Assembly: GCF_009914755.1 (NCBI RefSeq)
Contig: NC_060942.1
Length of the DNA: 64,000 nt
DNA from: the human T2T-CHM13v2.0 reference genome, Homo sapiens
Strand: one strand, 5' to 3'
Part shown: positions 39,178-53,836 of the stretch, piece by piece
Layout of the letters: every line of letters starts with the position of its first letter
Position numbering within the stretch: position 1 is the first letter of the stretch
Notes under the pieces: generated by a model
What the model was told of the DNA's origin: nothing
The model's input: only the letters and a program-made list of their open reading frames with translations
Databases searched by the model: none
Position numbers and translations under genes: made by a program

Positions 39178-40859
39178 TGAGGGCGGATCTTAATGCTTGA
39201 CACTTAGATGATGCTCAATAAAAGTTGGTAGGGTATTGTAACCCCACATTCTGCCAGAGATTCTATCATCAAGGTTTAGTCCTTTATTTACAGTGGGATC
39301 AGACCGCCAACATTCTAATGATCACAAATCTAGTTCCTGCTTTGTTTTTACTTTGTGGTTGTGCATGCATATGGAAAGCATTGGAAATGAGAAGAAAGAA
39401 ATAGTCTTAAAACGAGTATTTGGAGCTGAATAAGGAACTGAGTATGGACTCTCATAGAAATCATAGTCGTATATTCTATCCACGTTGGAATTTTTACACC
39501 ACTTATTTGCCATGAGTTTTTGGATAGCATTTTGGTGTGACATTTGAAATATTACCTGCATAAATGTATGCCTGTAGTTTACTGAAATCCTGTTAATCTA
39601 GATGTAAGAGAAAAAGGCCTGAAGATATGACCACCTAGGGGATCAAGGAATGCGACTCAATGACATCATCCTTAAAGCATCTCCTAGGAGTGAGGAGTCA
39701 GATGGGTGAGGTTCTTGCATCACAGGGAGTAGCCACCTTCTTTAAAAAGTGCCAGTCTCCCCACAGTGCTAGAATTCTTTCATTTCTTTGGGCACACAGG
39801 CTGAAATCCATATTTCATCTATTAGGAATATATGTGGATAAATAAGTTCTGCTTTAAAAATACGACTACTCTGGAAAATTGATCTTAGAAAGAACACTTT
39901 CAACCCTATCACTTTCTTTCTGATACCTTGCAGAAGTCATCCACACTGAAAAAGGGAAGTTTGGTGGGAGACAGGGAGGGATGTTGGCCTCTTGGTGAGA
40001 GAGAGAGAAAAGCAGGCCCAGGAAGGGTACTCAGTGCAGGATTCTGGGATGGACCAGGATGACTTAAGGGAGATGAAAGGAGAGAAGGGGAGAAAAAGAG
40101 AGGCAGGAGGGCACTACAATTTTTCCAAGTTTGCTATTTTGTCACAAACCAAATTATCTAAAAGTGTTGAACGTAGTCAATACTTTTTTTTTTCCCAGTA
40201 GAGGAAGCATATGAATGAAATAGAATATTATAGATCATCTAAAGCAGTCACAATTCTCTGTGTGTAAATCAAAACGACGACAACAACAACAACAAAACTT
40301 ATTCGGAGTGTTGGTTACAGTGGTCTCATTTAGGTAAAGAACAGGGTAAGCACCAAGAAGATCCCACGGCTATACCCAAGGCCACTCAGCTAACTGGGCC
40401 AGACAGGACCTGGATCCCTGTTCCTGTCCTTGGCTGGGCAGCCTTTTCTCTCCATCACCCTGAGTCTTTGCCATTTAAATGGGGTTCCTGGAGTGCATAC
40501 ACTCAATGTCTGTGAGTCATGTGTGTATATTTAAGGTAGTAGCAACTGCACTCTCTTATGGTTGAAGAGGATCTTTCAGATACTGAGAGTTATTTTAAAT
40601 CCTTGAGAGGGAATGGTTCATAAGAGAAGAGTTTTATTTTCAAGCACACATCATGTGATGAGCCAAGATGGGACAAGTGCCTCTATAACTTCCTATTCAG
40701 TGAATAACTTCCGGGAACTACTGCAAACGTTGAACCTTGCAGAGGGTTTCAAACTTTGGGAAAGTAATTTTCTAGCCTTCCCAAACTATTTTTGTGTGTG
40801 TGAGAACTCGGGACTGAAGTTTTTTAAAAATAAGCACTAAATTGCAGTAATTTGAAGCA

Positions 40860-41095
40860 AGACGCAGTGGAAAGAGCATTACAGACCTTGGCAGACAGAC
40901 CCAGCTTTAAGGCATGGCTGCATTGCTCACTTGCTGCATGAGCTTGGGCAAGTCTCTTACAGTTTCTGAGCCTCAGCTTTCTCACCTGTAAATGCGGATG
41001 GTGGATGCTATTTCATAGCCTTACTGTGAGAATAGAGATAGGGTACGTAATATACATAGCACAGTGCCTGGCACTTAGTAAATGCTCAACAAATG
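40860..41095 (+). mobile_element. MIR
   Basis: Core TTGGGCAAGT...TCTGAGCCTCAGCTTTCTCACCTGTAAATG; ACAGTGCCTGGCACTTAGTAAATGCTCAA. Confidence 0.8.
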
Positions 41096-42340
41096 TTCAC
41101 CCGCTAGCCTCCTTTTCTCCTTTTCTTCAGGTGGTTGCAGCACAGAGTAAAAGGAAGAGTTTGCAGTTACTTCGTGAATTTGAGAATGCACCATGTTTTG
41201 AACTATTGAACAGTTTTTTAGAAAACAACTTTTAGAATGAAGCATAACATAATAAAGAAAAGTGTGCAAAGCATAAGTCTACAATTCAGTGCATAGTCTC
41301 CAAGTGCTCAGATCCATTTAGCCAGGACCCAGATGAAGAAATGAGCAGCGCCCCAAAAGGCCCTCTTCCACTGACTTCCAAGAAGATAGGTTGTTCTCTC
41401 TTTTTTTTGAACTTTATATGTAATCCTTCGAATGTGCTCATTTATATGAGGTTTCCTTCATTCCGCGTTGTATCTGTGAGTTTCACCGGTGTTGTTGCAG
41501 GTAACCATAGTTTGTTCTGAATCATTGAATTTTCAAGCTTTTAGAGATCCTAGAGCTTTTCCAGTCTATCCCTCTCCATTGACCAAAACAGGAAAGAGAG
41601 GGTCAGAGATGTTAAGTGATTTGACTAGTTAATAGCAGAGATGTAATTAGATCCCAAGTCTTCCAATGTCTAGCCCAGGGCTCCTTCCTGAAGTAGCTGT
41701 AGCAGTAGCCTACACAGTTTAAATCCACAGTTCAATTATTATTTAATTTTGGCATTCTCTGTCAGGGTGAAAAAGAAGAGATGCAGGGAAACCATTGTTG
41801 GCTACATGTGGATATGTACAAATTCCAGAGTTGGTGATTCACTGACATCTTCAGATCTGATTCTCTCATGTGAATCTCCTTTGCTAGACTGATCTTTGTT
41901 CTCAAGGTGTGAACCACGTGTCCCTCTTAGGGCATCAGGGTCAGGAACAGACAGTTAGAAATATCTATACCTAAATCTTCCTGTATTAATAAGATGTTAT
42001 CCTAATTTTCAAAACTTCTAGAATTCTATAATTACGATTGCTTTTTATAGACATGAATTGAATCTACCCATCTAATTCTTTGAATCTGCCATGTACAGTT
42101 TAAAGCTAACTTATTTTTATTTAAGCCTAAAAGTTTTTTGACATTTCTTTATAATGCCATATAATTTCATATTTATAACACCATATATTATATAGTATGC
42201 ACACATCAGTATCATTCAGGATGCCCCGAATTTGAAGCATTCTTCTAGAGGCTCACCATTCTTAATGCAGCTCCCCAAACCTGCCATCGTGCCCACAACC
42301 CTACAATTACACTTATCCAACTAGGTTCAAGCAGTATTTA

Positions 42341-42610
<270 letters not shown>

Positions 42611-42964
42611 ATATCTATAAAGTTTCTATACGTTGACTGTGAATGGCATGCTTTGTGTCATCAGTACACTTTGCTGCTATAACTTAGAGAGGACAGATCC
42701 ATTTGATTGGCATGGGGAAGGAAAGGGAATTTCCAGTTGGAAGCTGCAGTGTGGTGGAGGAAGGACAGTTTTCTCCGAGCAACAAAATAGACTAGACTGC
42801 ATTTCTTATAACACAAAATTCCATTCAAAACCAGTTCCCCTTCTTTAATCACTGTCATTCCTTAATAGAGAAAAAGGTCATGAATCCTATGTGCTATGGA
42901 AAGTGTGGCAGTGAGAAGAACAGCCAGAAGGACCTTAATTCCCCCCACTCATTAGTAGTTGAAA

Positions 42965-43135
42965 GCCTGGCCCCTGGAGTTGGAATGTTGGTTCTTCCAT
43001 TTACTCACTGTTACCTTGGGCAAGTTATTTAATTCTCTATGCCTCAGCTTTCTTACCTAAAAATTCCTCATGGGATTTTTCTGAGGTTTAAATACGTTAC
43101 TTTATGTGAAGTGTTTGAAACAGTACAGTAAACAG
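42965..43135 (+). mobile_element. MIR
   Basis: ACCTTGGGCAAGTTATTTAATTCTCTATGCCTCAGCTTTC core. Confidence 0.75.
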
Positions 43136-43360
43136 TAATCATAATAAAAATTATTCCATCTAAATAAAAATACCCCTCCCCCTAAAAATAGAAGCAAAGG
43201 AAAGGAATAGCTTCTACTGGGCTCTAAATATATAATTTGATTTACTTGATTACATAGTAAAGTAAAATTGGGTGTCAGTTCTGTTTTACCTTCAGGTTTA
43301 GTGGGCTAGAAATATGCCTTCTACCAGAATAACAAAATTTAATTTTACTATAACAAAATA

Positions 43361-43682
43361 CAGCTATGCATCGCTTAATGACAGGGATATGTTCTGAGAA
43401 ATGCATCGTTGGGAGATTTCGTCATTGTGTGAACATCAATATGCTTACACAGGCCCAGAGGCTAGAGCCTACCTGACACCTAGGCTGTGTGGTATGGCCT
43501 ACAGCTCCTAAGTTATAAATTTGTACAGCGTTTTCGCCTACTGAATACTGTAAGCAACTGCAACACAATGGTAAGTATTTGCGCATCTAAACATAGAAAA
43601 GGTACAGTAAAAAATACCATATTATTATAATCTTATGGAACTCCTATTGTATATTCAGTCTGTCTTGCACAGCCCATGACTG
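43361..43682. mobile_element. Tigger3/MER7-like DNA transposon fossil
   Basis: CAGCTATGCATCGCTTAATGACAGGGATATGTTCTGAGAAATG...CATGACTG, flanked by TA. Confidence 0.75.
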
Positions 43683-44054
43683 TAATAGGGAAACCTTGGA
43701 GGGCCTTACCTCAAGATATGTTGGTTTTGGCCTTTATTTATGTGTTTTATTCAAGAGGCATTTAGTAGCTGTGTGCCCTTGAGCAAGTTACTTCACTTTC
43801 CTGAATCTCAGTTTCTTTATCTGCAAAATGGCAATAGCAATATTTACCTTGAAGGGTTATAATTGGGCCTAAGTGAAATGATACATGCAAAACACTCAGT
43901 TATCAAGCATTTATTGAGCTTATACTGTGAGCACAGTCTGGCTTCAACAACAATTTTCCTGATGATGTTGAACATAAAAACATTCGAATGTATTTAAAGT
44001 ATGTCTGTGAAGGTATGTAAACATATATACTAATTCAAACATTTTTAAATATCT

Positions 44055-44168
44055 AGATGAAGTCTCACTGTGTTGCCCAGGGTGGTCTCAAACTCCTGGG
44101 CTCAAGTGATCCTCCCACCTCAGCCTCCCAAAGTTCTGGATTATTGGCGTGAGCCACCGTGCCCAGCC
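44055..44168 (-). mobile_element. FLAM/Alu left monomer
   Basis: Antisense monomer. Confidence 0.85.
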
Positions 44169-45257
44169 AAAAGATATATTCTGGCTTTGGAGGGCAGCTC
44201 TGATTTTTACATACTCTGCCCCATTGTCTAACCCTGATGTGTCCTTATTTTTAATTCAAAAACCTTTTACCACATGTGAATTACTGCTTAACCAAAGGAT
44301 AGTTTTATATACCACTCTTAATTGTTTGAGTAATTAGCTCAAACTGTTCTGGGAATATCTTGAACTTGGTAGATTGGATCAGGGAACAAGAGGCTATTGA
44401 GCTAGCAACCCAGACTGTGGAAATGACCTCCGAAGAATTATCAAGTAAAATATGTACACACACACACACACACACTAGTTACTAGTTATATAGAAGAAAG
44501 AGACTTTAGAGTAGTCCAGTCTATCTGAAATTTACTTTACGGCTCTGGGTAAGTCTAACCATAGTCCTAGGTTTTTAGCTTTCCACCTATAATTCAATGA
44601 TAAGAGTATTATTGTTGTGAGGATAACTTGGTAAAATGAATGGAGTACTCTATGAACCCGGAGGGGAAAAAGTTGTAAAGATCACAGCAAGTTTAAAAAA
44701 AATTACTTTAAAAATTTACTATAAGAATGCATTGGATTCTGGAAACACCTAATTTGGACTTTGGGTTATATCCTAAGAATTATCAAATGAACAGTAGACC
44801 TACTTGATAAAACTAGAAACACTTTATTATTCTGGGCAGTGAGCAGTGAATCACAGTGTCTTGCTTTATTCCCCAAGTGCTTGTGGTTTAAGCAAAATTG
44901 TTAACACTGTGCGAAGTTCATGGCCTTCTGCCAATGCCATTGTACAGTCCCTGAGAGAAAAAAGGAGAAAGCTCCTTGGGATAATAAGGTTAGTAAGACA
45001 GGCACATCACCAGGCAAGCAAAACAATTTAGTCACCTGCTTCAACAAACACTTAGAGGAGTGGTTCTATGATTTTGTTCTCCCCATTCCCATCTCTTTGC
45101 TATAGCTCTCTACCCAGCAACTCTGCTTCCAGTAGGGGTGAAAAGGATTTTTCTGGAGCTGGAGAAAACTTAGAGACCTTTTCTGTCTCCTGCATCTACA
45201 CCCCTGGACTCACCATAGCCTACCGCATCTGCTTTTGTGTACTTCTGCGGTGGGCCC

Positions 45258-46017
45258 TGTATTAGTTTGCTCTTGCTGTTTAACAAGTTACTCCAAACTT
45301 ACGTTTACTATCTTGCAGTTTCTGTGGGCTAGGGGTCTATGCGCAGCTTGGCTGGTCCTCTGCTCAGGATCTCATGAGCCTGTAATCAAGGTATCTTTCG
45401 GGCTGTTTTCATCCGGAGCTCTGAGACCTCTTCTAAGGTCATTGGTTGTTGGCAGAATTCATGTTTGTGTGGTTGCAGAGCTGAGGCCTCCCAGGGGCAG
45501 CCCACTGTTCTCTGCCACATGGCCCTCAACAGGTGGTGTATTTCTTCAAGGCCAATAGGAGGTGTCTGCTGCTGCTTTGATTCTTTTTATTTCCTTTTTT
45601 AAAAAAACTTTTAAATATTTAAAGATGTCTCAGTTTAATTAATTTCTTTATTTTTAGATTCAGTGGGTACATGTGCAGGTTTGTTAGATGGGCAATGTGT
45701 GCTGCTGAGGTTTGGGCTTCTAGTGAACCTGTTGCCCAGGTAGTGGACATAATACCCAATAGGTAGTTTTTCAACCCTTACCTCTCTTCCTGGTTCCCTC
45801 CTTTTCAAATCCCCAGGGTTTATTGTTCCCATTTTTATGCTCCCTGATTTTCTAATGGCTCATCTGATTAGGTTATACCCACCTAGGATAATCCCCCTAG
45901 TTTAAAGTCAACTGATTCGGGAATATTTACATCTGTGAAATCCTTTTACAGAAATACCTAGAAAATGTGTATAGCAGGGGGTAGGAATCTGAGGCTGTCT
46001 TAGAATTCTCATACCAC
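45258..46017. mobile_element. MLT1-like LTR interrupted by an antisense L1 3' fragment (about 45630-45840)
   Basis: TGTATTAGTTTGCT...AGAATTCTCATACCACA termini; inner GGGTACATGTGCAGGTTTGTT L1 end. Confidence 0.7.
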
Positions 46018-46279
46018 AGGCTCCCTGTTGAAGTCTATTCTACTTGCAATGACCCCCTTTCTCAGAGAATGCTCTATTACCAGTATCCATGTTGATGACA
46101 TCCTTGGCCTCAGATAATTGGGTCCCAGATAGTTCATGGTGTGACCTGTCCCTTGAAGTAGTAAGGGAAAGGTAGAGGTCTTTATTTTTCTGGAATTGCC
46201 CCTGTTTCTCCTTACATTACTATAAACTCCCATTCAAAAATATTTGATTCTCTTTGCATGTGAGCATTAGCACTTTTAA

Positions 46280-46437
46280 CTTCTTTTTTATTTATTATAT
46301 TTTTTTGAGACACAGTCTCACTCTGTCACCTGGGCTGGAGTGCAGTGGTGCGATCTCCACTCCTGGGTTCAAGTGATTCTCCTGCCTCAGCCTCCTGAAT
46401 AGCTGGGATTATAGGCATGCCCCACCATGCCTGGCCA
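46280..46437 (-). mobile_element. Partial Alu
   Basis: Antisense right arm with deletion. Confidence 0.8.
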
Positions 46438-46724
46438 CATTTTTAATTTCATAGTTTGAAAAAACTGGAGGAATCCACTCAGGGTTATTTTATATTTAAA
46501 AGTAACAGTTTATTACCAAGTGGTGTCCCAGTAACACAGAGCATTAACATCTTCTATTAAAAAGGCTCATTTATTCCTAGAAGTAGGTTATGCACCAGGA
46601 CAATCTGGTATATCTTCAGGAGCAGCTTCTTATACTCCTGCTCCTGAAGCAGGAGGCCTTTTATTGGAAGCCTTTTATTTCCTTCTCTTGCCTGATTGCC
46701 CTGGCTAGGACTTGCAGTGCTCTG

Positions 46725-47048
<324 letters not shown>

Positions 47049-47483
47049 TTGCAGTGTTGTGTTGAATAGGAGTTGTGAAAGTGGGCAACCTTGTCATGTT
47101 CCAGTTTTTAGAGAAAAGGCTTTCAGCTTTCCTTGTTCAGTATGTTAGCTGTGGGTTTGTCATATATGGCTATTATTATGTTGAAGTATGTATCTTCTAT
47201 GCCTAGTTTGTTGAGAGTTGTCATCATGAAGGGATGTTGAATTTTATCAAATGCTTTTCCTGTACCTATTGAGATGATCATATGACTCTTGTCCTTCATT
47301 CTGTTGAAGAGATTTATCACATTTATTGATTTGCATATGTTGAGCCATCCTTTCATCCCTGGGATAAATCCCCCTTGATCATGGCATATTATCTTTTTAA
47401 TGTGCTGCTGAATCCAATTTGCTAGTGTTTTGTTGATAATTTTTTGTATCTATGTTTATCAGGGATATTGGCCTGTAGTTTTC

Positions 47484-47485
<2 letters not shown>

Positions 47486-47525
<40 letters not shown>

Positions 47526-47535
47526 TGTGTGTGTG
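47486..47535. repeat. (TG)n microsatellite
   Basis: About 25 units with one interruption. Confidence 0.95.
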
Positions 47536-48277
47536 TCCTTATCTGGTTTTGGTACCAGGGTAATGTTGGCCTTGTAGAATGAGTTAGGGAAAATTCTCTC
47601 CTCTTCAATATTTTGGAATAATTTTAGGAGAATTATTCTTAGTTTTTCTTTATAAGTTTGGTAGAATTTGGTAGTAAGCCACCCAATCCTGGCTTTTCTT
47701 TTTTGGGAGACTTAAAAAAATTACCAATTCAATCTTGTTACTCATTATTAGTCATTTAGATTTTCTATTTCTTCTTGGTTCAATATTGGTAGGTTGTAGA
47801 TATCCAGGGATTTATCTGTTTCCTCGAGGTTTTCCAGTATGTTAGCATACAGTTGTTTATAAAGGTATCTGATAATCTGTTGTATTTCCATGGTGTAAGT
47901 TATAATGTCTCTTTTTTCATTTCTGCTTTTTTCTATTTGGACTTTCTTTTGATCTTGATTAATCTAACTAGTGGTTTATTAATCTTGCTTATCCTTTCAA
48001 GAATATAGCTTTCCATTGTGTTGATTCTTTATATATTTTTTTCAGTTTCCATTTCATTTACTTCTGTTCTGTTCTTTATTATTTCTTTCCTTCTGCTAAT
48101 TTTGGGTTTGGTTTGTTCTTGTTTTTCTAGTTCCTTGAGGTGTTCCTTCTTTTAAAATTCTTTATTCTTTTTTTTTTGTCTGATTGGGTTATTTGAAAAA
48201 AAAACCCTGTCTTCCTGTTCCAAAATTCTTTCTTCTGCTTGATGTAGTCTGTTGTTGAAACTCTTGAATGAATTTTT

Positions 48278-48966
48278 TTCCAACATTTATTTTGTTTCAG
48301 GGAGTACATGTACAGGTTTATTACCTGGATATGATGCTGAGGTTTGGGGTATGAATGATTCCATCACATCACTGAGTTACTGAGCATAGTACTTAATAGT
48401 TAGTTTTTCAACCTTGGCCCCCTTCCTACCTCCCCCCTCTAGCAGTCCCCAGTTTCTAAAGTTGATATATATATTTTTTGTCCATGAGTACCTAATATTT
48501 AGCTCACTTCTATAAGTGGGAACATGTAGTATTTGGTTTTATCTTCTCACATTAATTCACTTAGGAGAATGGCCTCCGGTTGCATCCATGTTACTGCAGA
48601 GGACATGACTTCATTCTTTTTTAGGGCTGTGTAGTATTCCATGATGTATATATACTACATTTTCTTTATTCACTTCATCATTGATGAGCACCTAGATTGA
48701 TTCCACGTCTTTGCTATTGTGAATGGTGCTACAATGAATATGCAAGTGCATGTGTCTTTTTGGTAGGAAGATTTTTTTTGGGGGGGATATATACCAAGTA
48801 ATGGGATTGCTGGGTCAAATGGTAGTATTAATTTCTTTGAGAAATCTCCAAACTGCTTTTCACAGTGGCTGAACTAATTTACATTCCCACCAACAGTGTA
48901 CAAATGTTCCCTTTTCTCTGTAGCCTTGCTGGCATCTATTGCTTTTTGCCTTTTTAATAATAGCCA
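48278..48966 (-). mobile_element. L1PB-like 3' fragment nested in the older L1
   Basis: TSD TTGAATG(A/G)ATTTTT at 48264-48277 and 48967-48980. Confidence 0.82.
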
Positions 48967-51900
48967 TTGAATGGATTTTTAATTTAATTCATATAATTCT
49001 TCAGTTTGAGGATTTCTGTTTGGTTCTGTTAATGATATTTACCTTGTTGATGAATTTCTCATTCATATCTTGAATTGTGTTTTTCTGATTTCTTCATATT
49101 GTTTATCTGTGTTGTCTTATATCTCACTGAGCTTCTTTAATATCATTATTTTGAACTCCTTTTCTGGTATTTCATAAATCCTTTTGATTGGAATCTATTA
49201 CTGGAGAATTATTGTGTTCCTTTTGAGTGTCACATTTTCTTGTGTTTTCATGTTTCCATTGATATCCGCATATCTGGTGTGACAGTTGCTTTTTCCCGTT
49301 TTAAAATTTCCTTTCACAGGGTAGCACTTTTTTTGTGAAGATGCATCTATGTTGTTGGTTGGGTAGGGTACTTTAGCTTTGATTCTAGGTGCACGCACCA
49401 GTGTCATTTCTTCAGCTGTAAGCGGTGTCAGCGGTGTCTGATTTCCTCAATGGCTGAGTCTGCAGTTGTTAGTGAAGGCTGTGATGAGGTTTTGTTGGGG
49501 ACGAGAAAGCCAGGAAGGCTAGTTCTTGGGCCCTAGTTGTAGCAGTGGCAGCCTGAGCACGCCTGTCCTTGGGCTCTCAGCTGATGCACGTGGACTCCAA
49601 TGTTAGCAGGTCTAAGTGGGAGATTCTTGGATCTCCATGTGGCTTCCTCAGGTGCTGGCAGTGGCAGTGGTGGGCTGCACCTCAAGGTGGGTTCTGAGGC
49701 CTCTGGGCAGTGTGCTTGGTGTGGCAGTGGCTATAGTAGTGGTGGGACAACCCTGAGGCTCCCAGGAGGCCCATGCTTGTGTTACCAGTGGCTGTGATGG
49801 GCTGGGCAGGCCAGTCCCCAGGTCCCCACAGTGGCACATGAGGGTGGATGCCACTGTGATGATAGTGGCAGGCTGGGTTGGCCCATCCTCAGACCCCTGG
49901 GAGGAGTGCACAGATGCCAGCAGTGGTGGATGGGGTGGGGTGATCCCCAAACCCCTGGGGGATGTGCTTGGGCACTGGAAGAGCAGTGCCAGGCCAGGTG
50001 GGCCTCTCCTCTGTATGGGCTGTGGTGGGCAGGGCAGGGTGATTCTCAGACCCCTCAGTGGAGTTTGTGGGTGGCGGCAGCAGTGGTGGTTAGTGAGGAA
50101 AGCCCATCTTCAGGGTATGTGCAAATGCACCACAGCTTTGCTGCTGGGGGAGGGTGGGGTTGCTATTAGTGGCAGCAGCTGCCGTCAGTTGGCTCTTAGG
50201 CTCTGGGGAGCATGTGCTTTGGGCCTTGGTGGTGGCTATCATGGTGTCAGTGGTAGCAGTGGGGAGTGGCAGCAGCAGGGAGAGCCAGTTCTCAGGGTGT
50301 GTACAAGTGCACTGTGGTTCTCCTGCTGGGGGAGTGGTGGAGGGCGGGGTTGCTGTCAGTGGTAGCGGCCCCAGGGAGGCAGGTTCCAGGCTCTGTGGAG
50401 CATGCACTTTGGCTCCCTTCGTTTTAGGGGAGGACTCCTTAGAGTGCTACACTGTCCATTCTCTGGGGTGCAGGACACGGTGTGTGCTAGAGTGCTAGGG
50501 CCCCAGCCACTCCACTGGGTCCAACCAGTGTCACACTACTGCAGCCCTCTAGGTGGACATGTGGGGATGTCAGTAGGGCTCCAAAGATGTGGAGATGGAG
50601 GGGCTGCTGGGCCCAAGGGCAGGATGCAGTCTGGTGAAGCTGGACTCTCAAACTGGCTCTGTGCTGCAGTTGCCTGGGACTTGGGTGTGTGTGTAGGACG
50701 CAGTGTGAGCTCCCTATCTGGAGCAATGCCACTGCACAGTCCAGGCAGCTCCCTATACTAGTCTCAGGGCCTTGCGAGGGCTGGGGGTTCTCCCATGGCT
50801 AGGGCTGCAGGATTCCATGGTGGAAATGTAGACTACTGGGGATCTCTCACTTACCCTTTCCCCATAGTGGAGACCCTCTCTGGGCTCCCAACCAATCCCG
50901 CTCAGCAGGCTGCCTGGTTTCCATCTCCTTCCATGCCTTGGGTGTTTCCTGTCTGTCACTTCTCTGTTGAACTCCAATGGCCTTCCCTGTATTTGAAGTG
51001 TGATTTTCTTCTTGCTATTTTGGTTCCTCTTTGTGGAGGAGGTGAGTGCTGGATGCCTCTCATCAGCCATCCTGAAGCCCCTCTGGTTATTTATATTCTT
51101 TAGCTTTCAATTTTTTCAACTAGAAATTGAGGCTAATGATACCACAGTAAAGACGGCCATGAGAATGTAATAGCATAATTGTGGAAATCACTTAGCCCAA
51201 GTCCAGAAGTTTGGTAAGCACTCAGTAAATGGTTGCTATTGTGATGGTTCTAGGAATTTTATAAGACACAACTTTTGGGTATGTAAACATTTCCCCCTGA
51301 GAGCACAAGACAGTGGAGTGGCAGTTTATGTCAACTGAGGATGAAAAAGGGCTGTGCTTCATTACTCACTACTGAGGCATTTATGAGCCTGCCCCTTCAC
51401 TTCTAACCTCCCTGTTTCCTCTGGCAGAAGGGCCCAGAATCGGGATAAGCTGAATTGGAAAATCCAGCAATAGGAAGAAGAGATGGCTGCTGCTGTTCCT
51501 GGATCTAGAAAGGAGAGAAGCTACTCAGGGAGCTCTTGATCCTATGCTCAGGGGGAAACATACCAGGAAATTACAGGTGGGTTGCTCATTTATGTTCAGG
51601 TTAATGATGTAACCCTTAGAGATTGCTTGAGTTGCTTTCGCAACAGGTACACACTCTCCTCAGTTCGTAATCACTTTTTTTGGAATGTTGATTGTATAAA
51701 GCATAAACATAACCCTTTGCCACTTTCAAGCACTCCACGAATATTAACTAATTAATCCATTTCATAAAACAGGAGGTTTTTGGCTCCGTCTTGGCAGCCT
51801 AACTTTCCAGTCTCAATAACAGTTAGTCACAGAGCCAAGGGACACATTTTATTAACCTTATTAACATACTTTTTTTTAAGACTAGAATTCCAGATGTAGA

Positions 51901-52154
51901 AAGGAACAGCCAAACTCAGCTCGCCTCAACTGACCACCAGCTGGGGGCTTCTGCCTCTGCTCTTGTAATAGCATTATTAGAGCTCTTCATCTGCTAATCC
52001 CCAGAAAGAGGGTATTGTGGTGTGAGGCAGAGAATCCCGGACTTGGATTCCATAGACAAGGAGATTTTAAAAAAGAAAAATTAGTTTTCTAAGTGAGGTA
52101 TGTAAAAGCCCCTATTATCTTTTGTCACTATCATTTCATAAAAAAGGCAGGACA

Positions 52155-53358
52155 TTTTTTTCTTTTTTATTATACTTTAAGTTCTAGGGTACATGTGCAC
52201 AACGTGCAGGTTTGTTACATATGTATACATGTGCCATGTTGGTGCGCTGCACACGTTAACTCGTCATTTACAACAGGTCCCGGTGTGTGATGCTCCCCTT
52301 CCTGTGTCCAAGTGTTCTCATTGCTCAATTCCCACCTATGAGTGAGAACATGCGGTGTTTGGTTTTCTGTCCTTGCGATAGTTTGCTTAGAATGATGGTT
52401 TCCAGCTTCATCCACGTCCCTACAAAGGACATGAACTCATCCTTTTTTATGGCTGCATAGTATTCCATGGTGTATATGTGCTACATTTTCTTAAGCCAGT
52501 CTATCATTGATGGACATTTAGGTTGGTTCCAAGTCTTTGCTATTGTGAATAGTGCTGCAATAAACATACGTGTGCATATGTCTTTATAGCAGCATGATTT
52601 ATAATCCTTTGGGTATATACCCAGTAATGGGATGGCTGGGTCAAATGGTATTTCTAGTTCTAGATCCCTGAGGAATCGCCACACTGTCTTCCACAATGGT
52701 TGAACTAGTTTACAGTCCCACCAACAGTGTCAAAGTGTTCCTATTTCTCCACATCCTCTCCAGCACCTGTTGTTTCCTGACTTTTTAATGATTGCCATTC
52801 TAACTGGTGTGAGATGGTATCTCACTGTGGTTTTGATTTGCATTTCTCTGATGGCCAGTGATGCCAGTGATGATGAGCATTTTTTCATGTGTCTGTTGGC
52901 TGCATAAATGTCTTCTTTTGAGAAGTGCCTGTTCATATTCTTTGCCCACTTTTTGATGGGGTTGTTTGATTTTTTCTTGTAAATTTGTTTAAGTTCTTTG
53001 TAGATTCTAGATATTAGCCCTTTGTCAGATGGGTAGATTGTAAAAATTTTCTCCCATTCTGTAGGTTGCCTGTTCACTCTGATGGTAGTTTCTTTTGCTG
53101 TGCAGAAGCTCTTTAATTTAATTAGATCCCATTTGTCTATTTTGGCTTTTGTTGCCATTGCTTTTGGTGTTTTAGTCATGTAGTCCTTTCCCATGCCTAT
53201 GTCCTGAATGGTATTGCCTAGGTTTTCTTCTAGGGTTTTTATGGTTTTAGGTCTAACATTTAAGTCTTTAATCCATCTTGAATCAATTTTAGTATAAGGT
53301 GTAAGGAAGGGATCCAGTTTCAGCTTTCTCCATATGGCTAGCCAGTTTTCCCAGCACC
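52155..53358 (-). mobile_element. 5'-truncated primate L1PA with ORF2 C-terminal remnant
   Basis: [25 protein letters not shown]...[12 protein letters not shown]; TSD AAAGGCAGGA(C/A)ATTTT at 52143-52158 and 53359-53374. Confidence 0.96.
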
Positions 53359-53805
53359 AAAGGCAGGAAATTTTAACAGAACAAAATAAGGAAGATACTC
53401 TTGGGGTATAGGACACCTTTAAAAAGAGTGTGTTCAGCTTCCTGGAAATCTACATTGTGTTTTCTACTATTTGCCTCCAACAGTTCCTCATAGACTGGGC
53501 CTGGTAAGTGGGTTAGGAGTGGACCATTGGGAGAGGCCCATACCTTAGTGGTCCTGGTACCCACTTAGCCCTAGAAGGACAGGGGCCAGGGCTATTTTAT
53601 CAGTATACCTTGTGCTTCATGTAATGCTTAGCACATACTAGGGACGTAATAAATATTTGTTGAACAAAGTAATAAATATGATTGTCTGTGATCTTTTCCA
53701 AGTCACAGCATGGCTGGGGCTCAGATCTGTACAATTAGATCTGTGCAATCTTATCTGTACAATTGGAGGAGTCATATTACATGGCATCCAACTTCCTTTC
53801 CATTC

Positions 53806-53836
53806 AAACAAACAAACAAACAAACAAACAAACAAA
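53806..53836. repeat. (AAAC)n microsatellite
   Basis: About 7 units. Confidence 0.9.

Noticed and set aside
49600-51103. Cluster of 65-175 aa ORFs in a GC-rich stretch resembling a second gene
   Set aside because: CpG-depleted L1 5' UTR sequence without splice structure or recognisable protein.
52730-53416. 228-aa ORF
   Set aside because: L1 ORF2 C-terminal fragment of a 5'-truncated element; no promoter, endonuclease or RT.
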